Assembly (NCBI RefSeq): GCF_006345805.1
Contig: NC_043008.1
Span: 39,060,001-39,124,000 of the forward strand
DNA: 64,000 bases
Origin: Octopus sinensis
Lineage: Eukaryota
Direction of reading: 5' to 3'
In this document: piece by piece, positions 38,201-49,040 of the stretch
Position numbering within the stretch: position 1 is the stretch's first letter
How the letters are laid out: each line of letters opens with the position of its first letter
The notes under the pieces: model-generated
Seen by the model: the letters and a program-made list of their open reading frames with translations, nothing else
Databases searched by the model: none
Told to the model about the DNA's origin: nothing
Program-made: the position numbers and the translations under genes

Positions 38201-40279
38201 AGCAAACAGAAAGATTACTTTCAAGTTAGTTCTTTTCACTGCTTCCAACGATGATTTCAGCTTCCTGTCATACAAGTTCTTCGGTTTTAAATCTTTTACT
38301 GCCCCAAAGACAAATTCATTGCGTAAGTTAATTTTGTATTTGATAGCCACAGAATAGAATAAACCAGTTAAATTAATATCGTGATATCGAAGGATTACAA
38401 CGTCAGTCCAAAACCTATCTTTAGCACATTGAAACACTGAATTATAGAACGCCTCCTCTGACCAACTTATACTATTATACAATGGGTATATATCTTTATC
38501 GATGTATTCTCTGGTAGAATCGATCGTCGAAATATAAGGTATCCTAAACTTCACTATGAACGGACTAAAAACATTAGCAACATTTCCTGGAATGGAACTT
38601 ATAACCAAATGAATATTAGTTGAAATAGTTTCCAAATCCCCAAGTTTTCTATAGGTTGCAGATTTTTCGTTTGGAATATTATACGACTTCAAATATAATT
38701 TCAATCCTTTCTTTCTTAATTCTGGGACAATAATACCATTATTAACATCATTGATTGCGAATCGTATAAAAGAATTGATATGTGAGTCAATTTCCTTTCC
38801 ATCACCACTAAATCGAAGGTCACCAAAATGTCCAATTGTAATGTTTCCTATTATACGAAAAGCTGGAGTTCTGTAAGTAACAGTAGGTGGACCATCGTAA
38901 GTTATTATCAGTTTGACGGAGTTGACTACCTCACATATAGATACAAATACGAGAGCTTTTCCTTCTGACATATTCCTAGTGTAGTCCTTTGACAAACATA
39001 TATCTTTTGGGATTGTATTAATATTTAGGCGTGATGTGGAGTGAGGACCTGAATAGATCCGACGTTCTTTCATATCCATTGCAAAAATACTTAAGCCGTT
39101 AAGTAGAGGACAACTAATAGGCACCTCTACAACATTTTCATTAGTTTTAAGTTTAGAATACATACTTTTTGATGAGGTGTCCATATCAACTTTATTCAGA
39201 ATTTGATAATGTACTGAGAAATTCTTCGTGAAGACAACAGGTAATATCTTTTCCTCTTCCTCAGTTGTTAATCGTTGGAAAGTAATAAACTTTCTGTCAC
39301 TGGACAACTGTCTTGCACGTTCGATGTCAAGGAAACATTCTGAGCAAGCAGGAATTCTGCTCCATGGGTCTCTTGCCATGGTTAAAGTAATATTTAGTTG
39401 CAAATTTTCTGTAACGTCTAAAATTCGAACTCCAGTAAATTTTGCCTTACCATAATTTGCTTGTTGACGCATTATTATATCTCGTGTTTTAAAATCAATT
39501 ATTACATCCTCTCCATCCATTCGAATTTTAGTGTAATCAATCATCATTTCTCTCTCTGGGTCAGCATAGAAACGTTTATAATTGTAAGGAATTGTCATTT
39601 CCACAATTGCTACCGAATCAAGACCATTTATGAGAGTATTTCCTTCTTCATCTCTTATTTCAACCTCAACATCAAAATCGTGATTAGCCATTACTGTTAC
39701 AGGTGGTGGTTTCGTTACAACTAACCGGTGTGCAGGTTTGGTTACAAATATTGGAAAAGAGTCGACGTATATTTTATAATCTGGTATTTCGATCCTGAAC
39801 ATTCGCATGGATGGAGGTACAATGGTATGTTTATGGTAAATCCAATCAAATATGAGTTTTCCATTAAAAATTCGTGATTTCATTAGAATGGAAGAATGCG
39901 GTGTATGACAACGAGTTTTCGCAAGATGTCTGTTATATCGCTCCGGATAATTCAACCACCATGCTGATTTCTGACACAGTTGGCCGCCACTGTCTGCCCA
40001 AGTATCTTTGTTATTAATCTCGCCAGATGGCGAAACAGCATAGCTGTCTATTGTAGCCGTCGTATTGACTTCTCCCTCAGAAAAAGGTGTCCCGTTTGAA
40101 TAAACGGCAACGACAATGATCGGTTTGCTGATCATTTGATTGAGTGGCACTGAATAGTATAACTTTGAAGGATCATCGGGTATAATTGCGGGAGGTTCGT
40201 GAAATTGTAGAAATGATAATTCCAATTGTCCTGTCACAAACATCCAAGTAGAGATAAGAATGAGGCATGCAATTGTCAT
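35234..40279 (-). CDS. Receptor guanylyl cyclase copy 2, intronless, 1681 aa: signal peptide, 3 putative Ig-like repeats, Venus-flytrap domain, 3 EGF-like repeats, TM, kinase-homology domain, guanylate cyclase
   Basis: Uninterrupted ORF. Flytrap motifs FAINDVNN, RIPYIST, GYDAVHLYAKAL, GLTDKVSLNAYGDR. EGF Cys spacing at aa 960-1059; hydrophobic aa 1062-1087. HGRLKSSNC; helix LETYSNNLE...RTREL; cyclase FSDIVNF, KVESISDSY, PRFCLFGDTVNTASRM. Confidence 0.96.
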   Translation of the reverse strand: MTIACLILISTWMFVTGQLELSFLQFHEPPAIIPDDPSKLYYSVPLNQMISKPIIVVAVYSNGTPFSEGEVNTTATIDSYAVSPSGEINNKDTWADSGGQLCQKSAWWLNYPERYNRHLAKTRCHTPHSSILMKSRIFNGKLIFDWIYHKHTIVPPSMRMFRIEIPDYKIYVDSFPIFVTKPAHRLVVTKPPPVTVMANHDFDVEVEIRDEEGNTLINGLDSVAIVEMTIPYNYKRFYADPEREMMIDYTKIRMDGEDVIIDFKTRDIIMRQQANYGKAKFTGVRILDVTENLQLNITLTMARDPWSRIPACSECFLDIERARQLSSDRKFITFQRLTTEEEEKILPVVFTKNFSVHYQILNKVDMDTSSKSMYSKLKTNENVVEVPISCPLLNGLSIFAMDMKERRIYSGPHSTSRLNINTIPKDICLSKDYTRNMSEGKALVFVSICEVVNSVKLIITYDGPPTVTYRTPAFRIIGNITIGHFGDLRFSGDGKEIDSHINSFIRFAINDVNNGIIVPELRKKGLKLYLKSYNIPNEKSATYRKLGDLETISTNIHLVISSIPGNVANVFSPFIVKFRIPYISTIDSTREYIDKDIYPLYNSISWSEEAFYNSVFQCAKDRFWTDVVILRYHDINLTGLFYSVAIKYKINLRNEFVFGAVKDLKPKNLYDRKLKSSLEAVKRTNLKVIFLFAPFHIQPIVFREAYLMNLSSLHGFQWILMRKYAREFPFENHSVCNKKLECTLAFTGTYLFDSTYNVSGYQTDSWKRVLNYYFKEDRVLYKGGRVRYRSFEIGALMGLGYDAVHLYAKALAILLNKQLTLNGAKVNWLMRKITIHGLTDKVSLNAYGDRIGYFGYLAQVNPIPRWPYLPKSKIITYVKCIKRSEDGIQLEIPYESKILPHNKTAALVAFPVGKVHNTRQYISLSGMVSLNTQKMMPKEGEDWPPTIFIRTESIVPPYYCVHACGEKLKDPGNINVFDGGICRPDDKCECFEGFEGKHCHTVQCHCLHGLCTIEGSCICNPGYTGPSCGAAICEDCNFGVCVKPGVCECTTIVYFGENCAIHISSIIVPILFAALILIGIFYVVAGITSSKTKSIIYQDWMIDWDNVTVPEKLGMVGQSKGIINKTVAAYRWDNENWYVKKINSKTIPPDDKKIISDMVKLTKTRHYNLIRYGGCCLTYPNVSLFMEIADKGSIADVLANETFEIGWEFGFSFLKDICCGMEYLHDKSEIKSHGRLKSSNCLVDKRWTVRLSGFGAPSLRYGSYRIPESEEMSDLKDLFWTAPELLRDNTNLDGVKSGTPQGDVYSFAIIACEIVTKVKPYHYELKHLSEKSILDLIKDSHSRANKEIRRVWESIGGGKMIFTRPILSEDLLPNSNLSKKLFKKMLEESWNEKESSRPTFNKLSIILNQMYPIKGELIDKLIHLLETYSNNLEMVVIERTRELEEKKAKAEQLLGQMLPPKVACELKQVGEVIPELFENATVFFSDIVNFGRICKESKPMEIVDFLNEVYKLFDSVVDGYDVYKVESISDSYMVVSGIPEKNGDRHAGEIATMALDLMSYVTLLHVPNTESNVLQLRIGMHSGPVVSGVVGKLLPRFCLFGDTVNTASRMQSSSYALHIQVSENTAAILDSLGGYKLECRGEREVRGRGLMTTYWLWGKDTFMKEFPDISLGVPLSQHKFK

Positions 40280-41651
40280 AGTTCATCGGATATTTCATGA
40301 ATAATCATTTGTTGTTTAAAAGCATTGTAATTTTTCTATTTCAACATGAAAAACTAAATGCTAGCCAGAGCGCCTGTGCAATTAAACAAATAAATCTAAT
40401 AACAAAAAATCTATCAACGTCTTTCTTAAACGCAACTTCATATGTTAAACACTCACTTTTGATCTGATAATAAGCGTTTATTATTTTTTTTATTTTCTTC
40501 TTTCATAATTTGAATTCCATATGAAATTGTTTTAGAGTAGCGTCTCTGATAAAAGAAAAATTTAAGAAAGGTTCTTCGTGAATATTTATCTCATCTATAT
40601 GCACAAAAGAAGAAACAAACGCACACCACACACACACACAACACACACACACAAAACCACATACGCACTCACACATACACACACACACCACATACACACG
40701 TACACGTACACATTTGTAGTCACACACACAATAACACACAATCCTGCACTCACATAAGCATACGTAATCACAAACATACACATAATCGTATATATGTGTG
40801 CGTGAGTGTGTGTGTGGCTGTGTGCGACGTGTGCGTGCGTGCACGCGCAAGGATCTGTGTGTGTTTGTGTGTGTGTGCGCGTGCGTGTATACATATATAC
40901 ATACATACTTGAGACATACATACACACGTATGAAGTCACACACACATGCGCTCACATACTTAATATATTTATTGATTAATTCAGATGAACAGATTTTGTC
41001 ACAACAAGAAAATTTTAGTCAAATGAAAATGAAGAGGATATTCCCAACATGTGTCGCAAGATGTTTCCATGTTGGTTCCAAGCGTGTGGATACACCTGAA
41101 AATTTTGTAAGTGAATAATTTAATACCATTGTAGATCTGCTTTACCTGATTGCATTCTGACATGTTTTCCATATGTAATTTTTTACTGTTACACCCGTCA
41201 CATTTTAAAGATGAAAATGTTTTTGATATGGTTTTTAGATGTGTTTTGAAGAAATCAGATCACGAAAAGCTTTGGAAATCTTTAATTCTATTAGTAAATG
41301 ACACCTCGAAACTGAGACAAGTGTGTGATTGTAAAAATTTACATTTTTCTCTACAATCGAAATTGTGCCAAATACCATTATTATATAATAGAATTTTATA
41401 CAAATTTTAAACAAATGACGCATATATAAATACGCATAAACAAACATTTACCTGTTGTTCTGGTATGCCATTTCTTTCCCTTAATCGTTTGTCATCTCTG
41501 GAAATTTCTTCATTCTTGGGATTATCTCCCCTTCTCATACGGAGCTGTTTTTAATTGCGTTATATAACATCGGGAATCTGAGATAATTTCGTGAATCAAT
41601 AGTAAATAAACAATAGCGTATGAACGAATAATAGTGAAAAGTAGATACTTC

Positions 41652-42067
41652 GGATCTTTTCGGTTTGAACGGCAGTTTTTTCTAGCGGTGTCATATGAAA
41701 TTGTCACCCATAATTATGACCCTAGGATCGACCTATTGCATTTCAATCTGTTTCAGCGTTAGGGGTAGGGTTGGGGAAGGGTATCTTTTTTTTCTTCACA
41801 AATGTAAATAAACCCAATCTGTTTCTTAAACGAGGGACATATTCATATGGCACAGAATGTTTTCACCTCAATAGACTGTCATTGATTGGTTGAAATTGCC
41901 GAAATGCAAGAAATTAAAGACCAAATATCTTACAAACTATGAAATTTTCTCAATAAAGCCAAGAGAAAAAGATGTTTTATAAACACATTCTACCAGTATA
42001 CGAAGTTTAAATTTTTTTAGTTACCTAGAAATTATGTTAAAAACTGCCGTTCAAACCGAAAAGATCC
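41652..42067. mobile_element. MITE, 416 bp, 8-bp TSD
   Basis: TIR GGATCTTTTCGGTTTGAACGGCAGTTTTT at both ends; gatacttc at 41644-41651 and 42068-42075. Confidence 0.9.
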
Positions 42068-42714
42068 GATACTTCTGTATAAGTTGCAGTTTACAGACAA
42101 AAAAAAAAAAAAAGATGAAACTGCGCGACAGCCTTAAGTGAAGTATATTTTAAGGAAGATTAAAAAACTGAGGTCTGGAATAGGTCGCTCACACTTGGAT
42201 TATCTCCGTTTTCACTGGGATTTTCAAATTATATCTTCACCAGTCACTTCAAAATGATAAAGGGAAGGATTTTATGAAAAAACAATTATGAAAATCTCTG
42301 ATTTTTTAATCCCACCCCGCCACTATATCCTTGGGGCCTTTAAGACGGAATTTTCAATTTCTTTTTTTTTTTTTTTTTTTTTTACACTGGCACTTAAAAA
42401 CAATGGGACAAGCCTCCTTTTAAAGTAAAAATTACTTATATAATTTTGATATCCATGAAAATCCATGCTTTTGGACGTTCACCCACATTCACGAGAAAGA
42501 TCACCATTATAATCCGAAAATTCTAAAAGATTCAAGAAAATACTAACGGAAAATTATCTACTGACATCGTTGACAATTCATCTAATGATTTTGAGAGCAA
42601 CATAAACTATTTTTCAAATGTTTTTCACTTTAAAATAACCACGACTGCCATAGGTTCATATAACGCCGAGCACTTTACGTTATGAATATTAATTTCAATA
42701 TCGGCATATGTTAA

Positions 42715-42819
42715 TGTGTGTGTTTGTGTGTTTGTGTCTGTGTGTGTTTGTGTATGTGTGTTTGTGGGTGTATGCTTGTGTATGTGTGTGTGTATTTGTG
42801 TTTGTGTGTGTTTGCATGT

Positions 42820-42853
<34 letters not shown>

Positions 42854-42923
42854 TGTGTATGTGTGTGTGTATGTGGGCGTATGCTTGTGTATGTTTGTGT
42901 GTTTTTGTGTTTGTGTGTGTGTT

Positions 42924-42957
<34 letters not shown>

Positions 42958-43065
42958 TGTGTGTTTATGTATGTGTATGTGTATGTGTTTGTGTATGTGT
43001 GTTTCTGTGTGTGTGTCTTTGTCTATATATGTGTGTTTGTGTGTGTGTCTGTTTGTGTATGTGTG
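42715..43065. repeat. Compound (GT)n-rich microsatellite
   Basis: Direct inspection. Confidence 0.95.
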
Positions 43066-43430
43066 GGTAGTAAAGAAATAGGTATTTCGTCTGCCGTTAC
43101 ATTCTGAGTTCAAATTCCGTCGAGGTGGACTTTACCTTTCATCCTTTCAGGGTCTATAAATTAAGTACCAGTTACGCACTGGGGTCGATGTAATCTACTT
43201 GATCCGTTTGTCTGTCCTTGTTTGTCCCCTCTGTGTTTTAGCCCCTTGTGGGTAGTAAAGAAATGGTTATTTCGTCCGTCATCAAGATCTGAGTTCAATT
43301 TCCGCCGAAATCGACTTTGCCTTTCGTCTTTTCGAGGTCGATAAATATAGTATCAGTCATGTGCTGGGTTCGATGTAATTCGACTGGTCCTTTTCCCTCA
43401 AAATTTCAGGATTTGTCTCTCAAAATTTCA
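43066..43430 (+). repeat. Tandem headless type C SINE cores
   Basis: Two consecutive gagttcaa.tt..g.cga..tcgactttgcc cores about 190 bp apart. Confidence 0.75.
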
Positions 43431-43439
43431 GGATTATTA

Positions 43440-43617
43440 TGATTGTTGGTGATGAGTGAAAGAAAGTTGGGGCGAAAGAGTACAACAGGGATCACCACCA
43501 CCCCTGCCGGAGCCTCGTAGAGCTTTAACTGTTTCCGCTCAATAATCATACACTACGCCCGGTCTGGGAATCGAAACAGCGAGTCCGCTGCCCTAACCAC
43601 TGGGCTATTGCGCCTTC
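43440..43617 (-). mobile_element. tRNA-derived SINE (type B variant)
   Basis: Reverse strand reads ggcgcaatagcccagtggttagggcagcggactcg...gtttcgattcccagaccgggcg. Confidence 0.7.
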
Positions 43618-45264
43618 TCTGTTGTTGTTGTTGACTGTGAGCTAACTTCAGAAGCTTGCTGCTGTCACTATGTGTGTAAAGTTATGTTGTTGTTTTTATT
43701 GTCGATGTTAGAGATTGGCTTAACTTTGTGAGAGAAAGAAAGAAAGTCAGGTTGGCCGACATACAATTAGATATCATTTGTCTGTATATTGACCACTGTG
43801 TTGAAGAGGAGAATGATAGAGTGGAAATATGATTTTGCATTTTTCACATCTCTCTAACTCCGAAACGCGTACACAGTTAATCAAAGCCGGATAGATTCGG
43901 TATTTTTTCTCTTTACCTGCGTGGGTTGTTGAGTATTGCTGTCTGGGAGATTTTCTTATAGTAGTGAAATAGTTAGTTTTAACTGCTATTTCTAAATTTC
44001 GGTATGTGGTGAAGCAAATTTTTGCTGAACCCTAATTATAATTATACTCATAATAATAATAATTTTATGTATAAATTTACCGATAATGGTCCTTTTAACA
44101 TACCGAACTACTTGGTAAAATTATTAATTAATTAATTAATTTTACTCTTTATTATTATAGACCCAACAGCTGTAGGTAGGGAACAAGCAAACAAGTGCCA
44201 GCACCCATGTGGCCAGGAAAGGTCAAAATATATTAGAGCAGTAATAGTTACTGCTACTATGGTTAGTGAGAGTGATTATAGATTTTGAGAAGTTTTACTT
44301 TGTTCTGTTTCAATTATCGGTGACATTATATTTTCCTGTAGCAAATAAAGTTATAACGATCTTTACAGTTTTTGAGGCGGAGCAGTTTGTTAAAATGACA
44401 ATCGCTTATCTTCTGCGTTTGTTATTGGTTCTGGAAGATGTTTTGGACTATGTGATTTCAAGGCGCCTCAGTTATTTAGAAAGTTGTATATATTCATTTT
44501 CATTTTCAATGAAAGGAGAATGCTTGCGTGATCGGACATCTAGAAGAAATTAAGAGGTTATGTACTCGCAAGAGTTCCTTGTTTTGAAGTTGCTTGACTC
44601 AGATATCTGTCGACGTTTGAAAGTGTTCTTATTATAGAAGAGGTGTGTGTATATTCGAATAATCAGAGAAATCACTGAAATACTCACGGAAAATTGAAGA
44701 TAAATTGAAGAAATTGTCTCTTTTAGGCAGCCGTGGCAACTGGACGTATTTTTCTCCTTGCTCTGCTTGGTATGTAGACGAAGAAACAGAAATCAGCTCA
44801 ACTCAAACATTTCTCATTTTTAATTCCTAATTCTTGCGAAAGCTGCGATATGAAATCAACACAAGATTAATTTTGACCCCATGGTGCCTGCGATAACCTG
44901 TGGGAAAACAAATCATTTTTTGCGAGTGCGGTGTAAATTTCTCCTGTGATTTTACTAAATATATACGCATGTACACATGCATCCTGCGATTTTATTAAAT
45001 TCATTGAACACTCACGATTTACGCACACTTTTGACTTTTCACTCATATTTGTCTGCGTAAAACTCTTTGTTAAAAACTCTCAGTTTAAAACTAGCGGCCA
45101 CACATACGGGATTATGCATATCAAACTATCACAAAATTTCACAAAATTCAAACAGCCTTCACTTTCAAAATAATCTTTCCTCCATCACATAGATAAGAAG
45201 AGAATCCATCGAAATTATTGACTAGCAAAATCAACGAAAAAAAAGACCTATAACAAAGAGAGCA

Positions 45265-45860
45265 AGAGCACTCAGAGAGCGCAAACCTCCGTCAACGTCC
45301 TCTCAACGATTAGTCAGAGATGATTTTTAAAATAAGAATATCTTAAATAAACTCGACTGCTTTCACAAACGAGAATACTAAAATGAACCCGACCGTTCTC
45401 AAAAGTTAAGTTTAACAAAATCGGAAAAATAATCCAGAATTCTCGTCCGGTACCTAATCGAACACAGTGGCAGTAATTGAATGTGAAGGTAGCTGTAAAA
45501 AATTTAGTAACAGTAATAAATACTTTATTCTTATCTAATACAAGTCAAAGTTAACAAATTCACCATTCAAAATAGTTACAGCCTAAAGGGAGATAATTGA
45601 GAAAGATTTGAAAGTTAACGTAAGCTCGTAATCATGCAAAGTAAAGTAAATATGACAAATCATCCAGAATCCTTTTGTGGTACCGGATCAATACAAAAAT
45701 CTAATCAGGTCGTGCCAGTTACGAGTTCGAACATTCCTGAAAGTTTCATCCGAATCCATCCAGCGGTTCGTGAGGTATCTTTTCCACGGACATTCAAACA
45801 AACAAACAAACGTGACTGAAAACAATACTTCCGCCTACGCTAAGGCGGAGGTAATAAAAT
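45265..45860. mobile_element. Non-autonomous repeat with subterminal inverted motif and terminal hairpin (possibly Helentron/HINE-like)
   Basis: acctccg near the left end, and cttccgcctacgctaaggcggaggt hairpin at the right end; classification is inference. Confidence 0.4.
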
Positions 45861-46012
45861 CACTTTACAGCAACTACTGTTACCATGACTTTTCACTCGT
45901 ATATCTCTGTTTAAACCTAACGGTCACATACACAAGATTATACATTTTAGATTGTCACAAAATTTCGCAAAACTCAAATAATCTTCACTTTCAAAATAAT
46001 TTTTTCCATTAC

Positions 46013-46590
46013 ATAATAATGTTCGTCCTTCGGTTCGAAGATGACCAATTGACATCATCTGATGAAACTTCCGCCATGAGACCTGAGGTGGCTGGTGAGG
46101 CCAATCCGGGCAAGGAAGCCCCTCCCACAGGTGGGGCAGAAGTGGGTAGGTGCCGTGCTACTGGTGCAGGCGGCTCTGGCTTTACGCATCTGACGTTTCT
46201 GCTCCGCTGACCGAATCCGTCCCTCCTCGGCTGTCCCTGCTCCCACGGTGATTGCGCTGCGCCAGGATGAGCGGTTGGCAGCAAGTGTCTCCCAGGTCTC
46301 TGTTCCGATGGAGAAGTCTTTGAGAGAGACCTTGAGACTATCCTTGTAGCGCTTCTTCTGCCCTCCGACTTTGCGCCTGCCCTGGCCGAGTTCACCGTAG
46401 AAGAGCTGTTTTGGGATGCGAGTGTCGAACATGCGGGAGACGTGGCCCGCCAATCTCAGCTGGGCCTTGCGCATGATTGTGATGGTGCTAGGGAGATCTG
46501 CCTGCTTCAGAACTTCCGTGTCTGGGACTTTGTCCTGCCAGCGGATGTGAAGGAGGTTCCGAAGACACCTGAGATGGAAGTGGTTTAATC
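46013..46590 (-). mobile_element. RTE (BovB-like) LINE 3' fragment
   Basis: LRCLRNLLHIRWQDKVPDTEVL, QLRLAGHVSRM, PKQLFYGEL, GGQKKRYKD and terminal C2H2 CPTCGRGFLARIGLTSHLRSH. Confidence 0.9.
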
Positions 46591-47070
46591 CACCTAAATT
46601 ATTGACTAGCAAAACGAACGAAAGAAAAGACAGCAGCTACTATTACTATGAGCAAAATAGTCCAAAAGAAAGTTTTCTGGACAGAGAGTGAAATTGTTAT
46701 TCTACTCAACAGCTGGCTTGACCTTTCACAAAAAACCCACCACACAAGCGTCATGCCTCAGTGACGTTGCTTCTGAAATTGTCCAGCTTTTTGACAATCG
46801 AACAACAAAACAAGTGGAATCTATATTAAAGCATTTTTCGAAATCCTACCACCTCGTTAAGGAGCATCTTACAATAATCAGCTTAATATTCTCCAATTCT
46901 ACTAAACGATAACTGCTTTCTGCTACTGACCTGCTAACGGTCCAACCGTCTAATGCCCACATACCAAAACCTGCTAACTCCATGATTACCATGACAACCA
47001 ATTCTTCATACCCATCACCAACAACATCACTACCATCGCCATCATCATCATCATCATTATCATCATCATT

Positions 47071-47125
<55 letters not shown>

Positions 47126-47561
47126 CAAGCAACATCACTGCCATCACCATCGTCACCACCGCCATTATTATCGATGCCAGCGCCGTCGTTGTCACGATCG
47201 TCATCATCAGCTACTACTACTACTGTCTCCACCACCACAACCTTTACCGGTCTTTCACCGATAAAATCCAGCTCTAGCATGACTAACATCTCAGCCCAAC
47301 CGAATTCACCAGGAACAACCGTTACCACACCATTCCCAGAACCATTCAACTCTAAATCTTCTGCAAACAAACTTCTGTCACATATCCCACTCTCACTGAC
47401 AAAATGAAACCCAAAAATCCTCCGTTATTCCCTCTGTAAGAAGATGTGTTTGCAACAAGACTCCCTTTACGCTCACCTTCCAGGAACTAAACGCAACGAC
47501 ATGGAATATCCATGAACATATAACCACATTACACTCCTCTTACATAAAGAAAACGGAATCC

Positions 47562-48562
47562 GGATCTTTTCAATTGTGTGGCCAGGAGCCCAGATCTTTC
47601 TACTTAACTAAATAATTTGAAACTTTGTATGCTGGTACAGTGTTTCAAAACAAGACACAGATTGGAACTAGTTTATTTGAGAAAAATCTATTTTATGACT
47701 TTAATCGTAGATTAAAACTGCGAATTTTAACCAATGAGATTGCTTGTTTTCATATTTAATACGTTACTGCATTCTGTTAGTGTGACGTAGAAAGCAGTTT
47801 TGTGACATACACCGAGTAAAAAATTTCATCGTTATTGTTTTGTTTACATGTTACTGAAGATGGGAAATTTCCGAAGTCTCTCCCCCACCCCCCTTTCGCG
47901 AGCGCGCATTTTTTTCATGATAGTCGTTTAGAGCAAGTTGTTTTACACCTATTACGCTGTTTTTGTTTTTGTTTTTGTGCCCGGTTCAGACGCTTTCGGA
48001 AATTCCCGATATAAATTTTCCGAGGCCTTTTCCCCACCCCTCTTTCGCGAGAGCGCATTTTTTGTGTCATATTCGTTTAGAGCAAGTTGTTTTACACATA
48101 TTACACTATTTTTTTTTTGTTTTGGTGCCCGGGTCAGCCCCTCAGACGCTTTCGAAAATGTGAATTTTCCGAGGCCTCTCCCCTACCCCATTTTCGCGTG
48201 CGCGAATTTTTTTTTTCATATTCGTTCATAGGAAGTTGTTTTACACCTATTACACACATTTTTTTTTTATTTTCTGATATGCGTAACGCTTTATATTAAC
48301 CCATTTGTTTACATACCATATGTTTACTACGTCACCAAATTGGTGGTCGAGACGGAGTAAATAATATGAAGCCGAAAGACGGAATACCATTGGTTAAAAT
48401 TCTAATTATTAAACAATGTTAAACTTAGAAGTTACAATTCCGTTTTCATTCTGGTTTACAATTAAGTTTACTTTTGACACATTCTACCAGTATACGAAGT
48501 TTCAAATTGTTTGGTTCAGTAGGAAAAATTTGGAAAAACTGGCTTCACAAATGAATAGTTCC
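47562..48562. mobile_element. MITE, 1001 bp, 8-bp TSD, internal tandem repeats of about 120 bp
   Basis: Ends GGATCTTTTCAATTGTGTGGCCAG and CTGGCTTCACAAATGAATAGTTCC; cggaatcc at 47554-47561 and 48563-48570; three repeats at about 47865-48260. Confidence 0.85.
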
Positions 48563-48630
48563 CGGAATCCCAATGTCTGCTGCTATTCTCTTCATGAGGG
48601 AATATGTTTGCAACAAAGCTGCCGTTTTAC

Positions 48631-48881
48631 GGTACTACTTCAGAAGAGTGGTCCCGGTGTGCGCACTAGCTAGTCGTGACTAGTCGATCCTACAACGACT
48701 ACCTAGCAAAGTAAATAAAATACAAAATAAATAATTTTTTTACGGAAAGTAAATAATTTTTTAAAACAAAGTAAATAAAACACAAAAACACAAAGTAAGG
48801 ATCGACTAGTCACGTCTAGTTTGCACAGATGCGCGAGTACGTGAGTGCGCGCACTGAGACCACTCTTCTTAAGTAGTAACT
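48631..48881. mobile_element. MITE, 251 bp, 8-bp TSD
   Basis: TIR GGTACTACTT..AGAAGAGTGGT; cgttttac at 48623-48630 and 48882-48889. Confidence 0.85.
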
Positions 48882-49040
48882 CGTTTTACCCACCTACCGG
48901 GACCTAGACGCCCATTAGTAAATATAGTGGCACTGAGAAAAGTGGTAATATTGTGAGTGTTCCCCGCAACAGATTATCCCAGCTCCACAAAGTTCGACCA
49001 CTACAATAACTGTATCGCCTACTACGGCAAAAATAGGCGT

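Noticed and set aside
35234-40279. Horizontal transfer of the whole gene from bacteria
   Set aside because: The pseudokinase-cyclase core and EGF repeats are animal-type and base composition matches the surroundings; only the origin of the N-terminal module is open
46846-47407. Poly-Asp, poly-Ser and poly-Met ORFs (also His/Gln/Val-rich ORFs at 49715-50194)
   Set aside because: They are translations of (ATC)n/(CAC)n repeats and are open in several frames; not independent host genes
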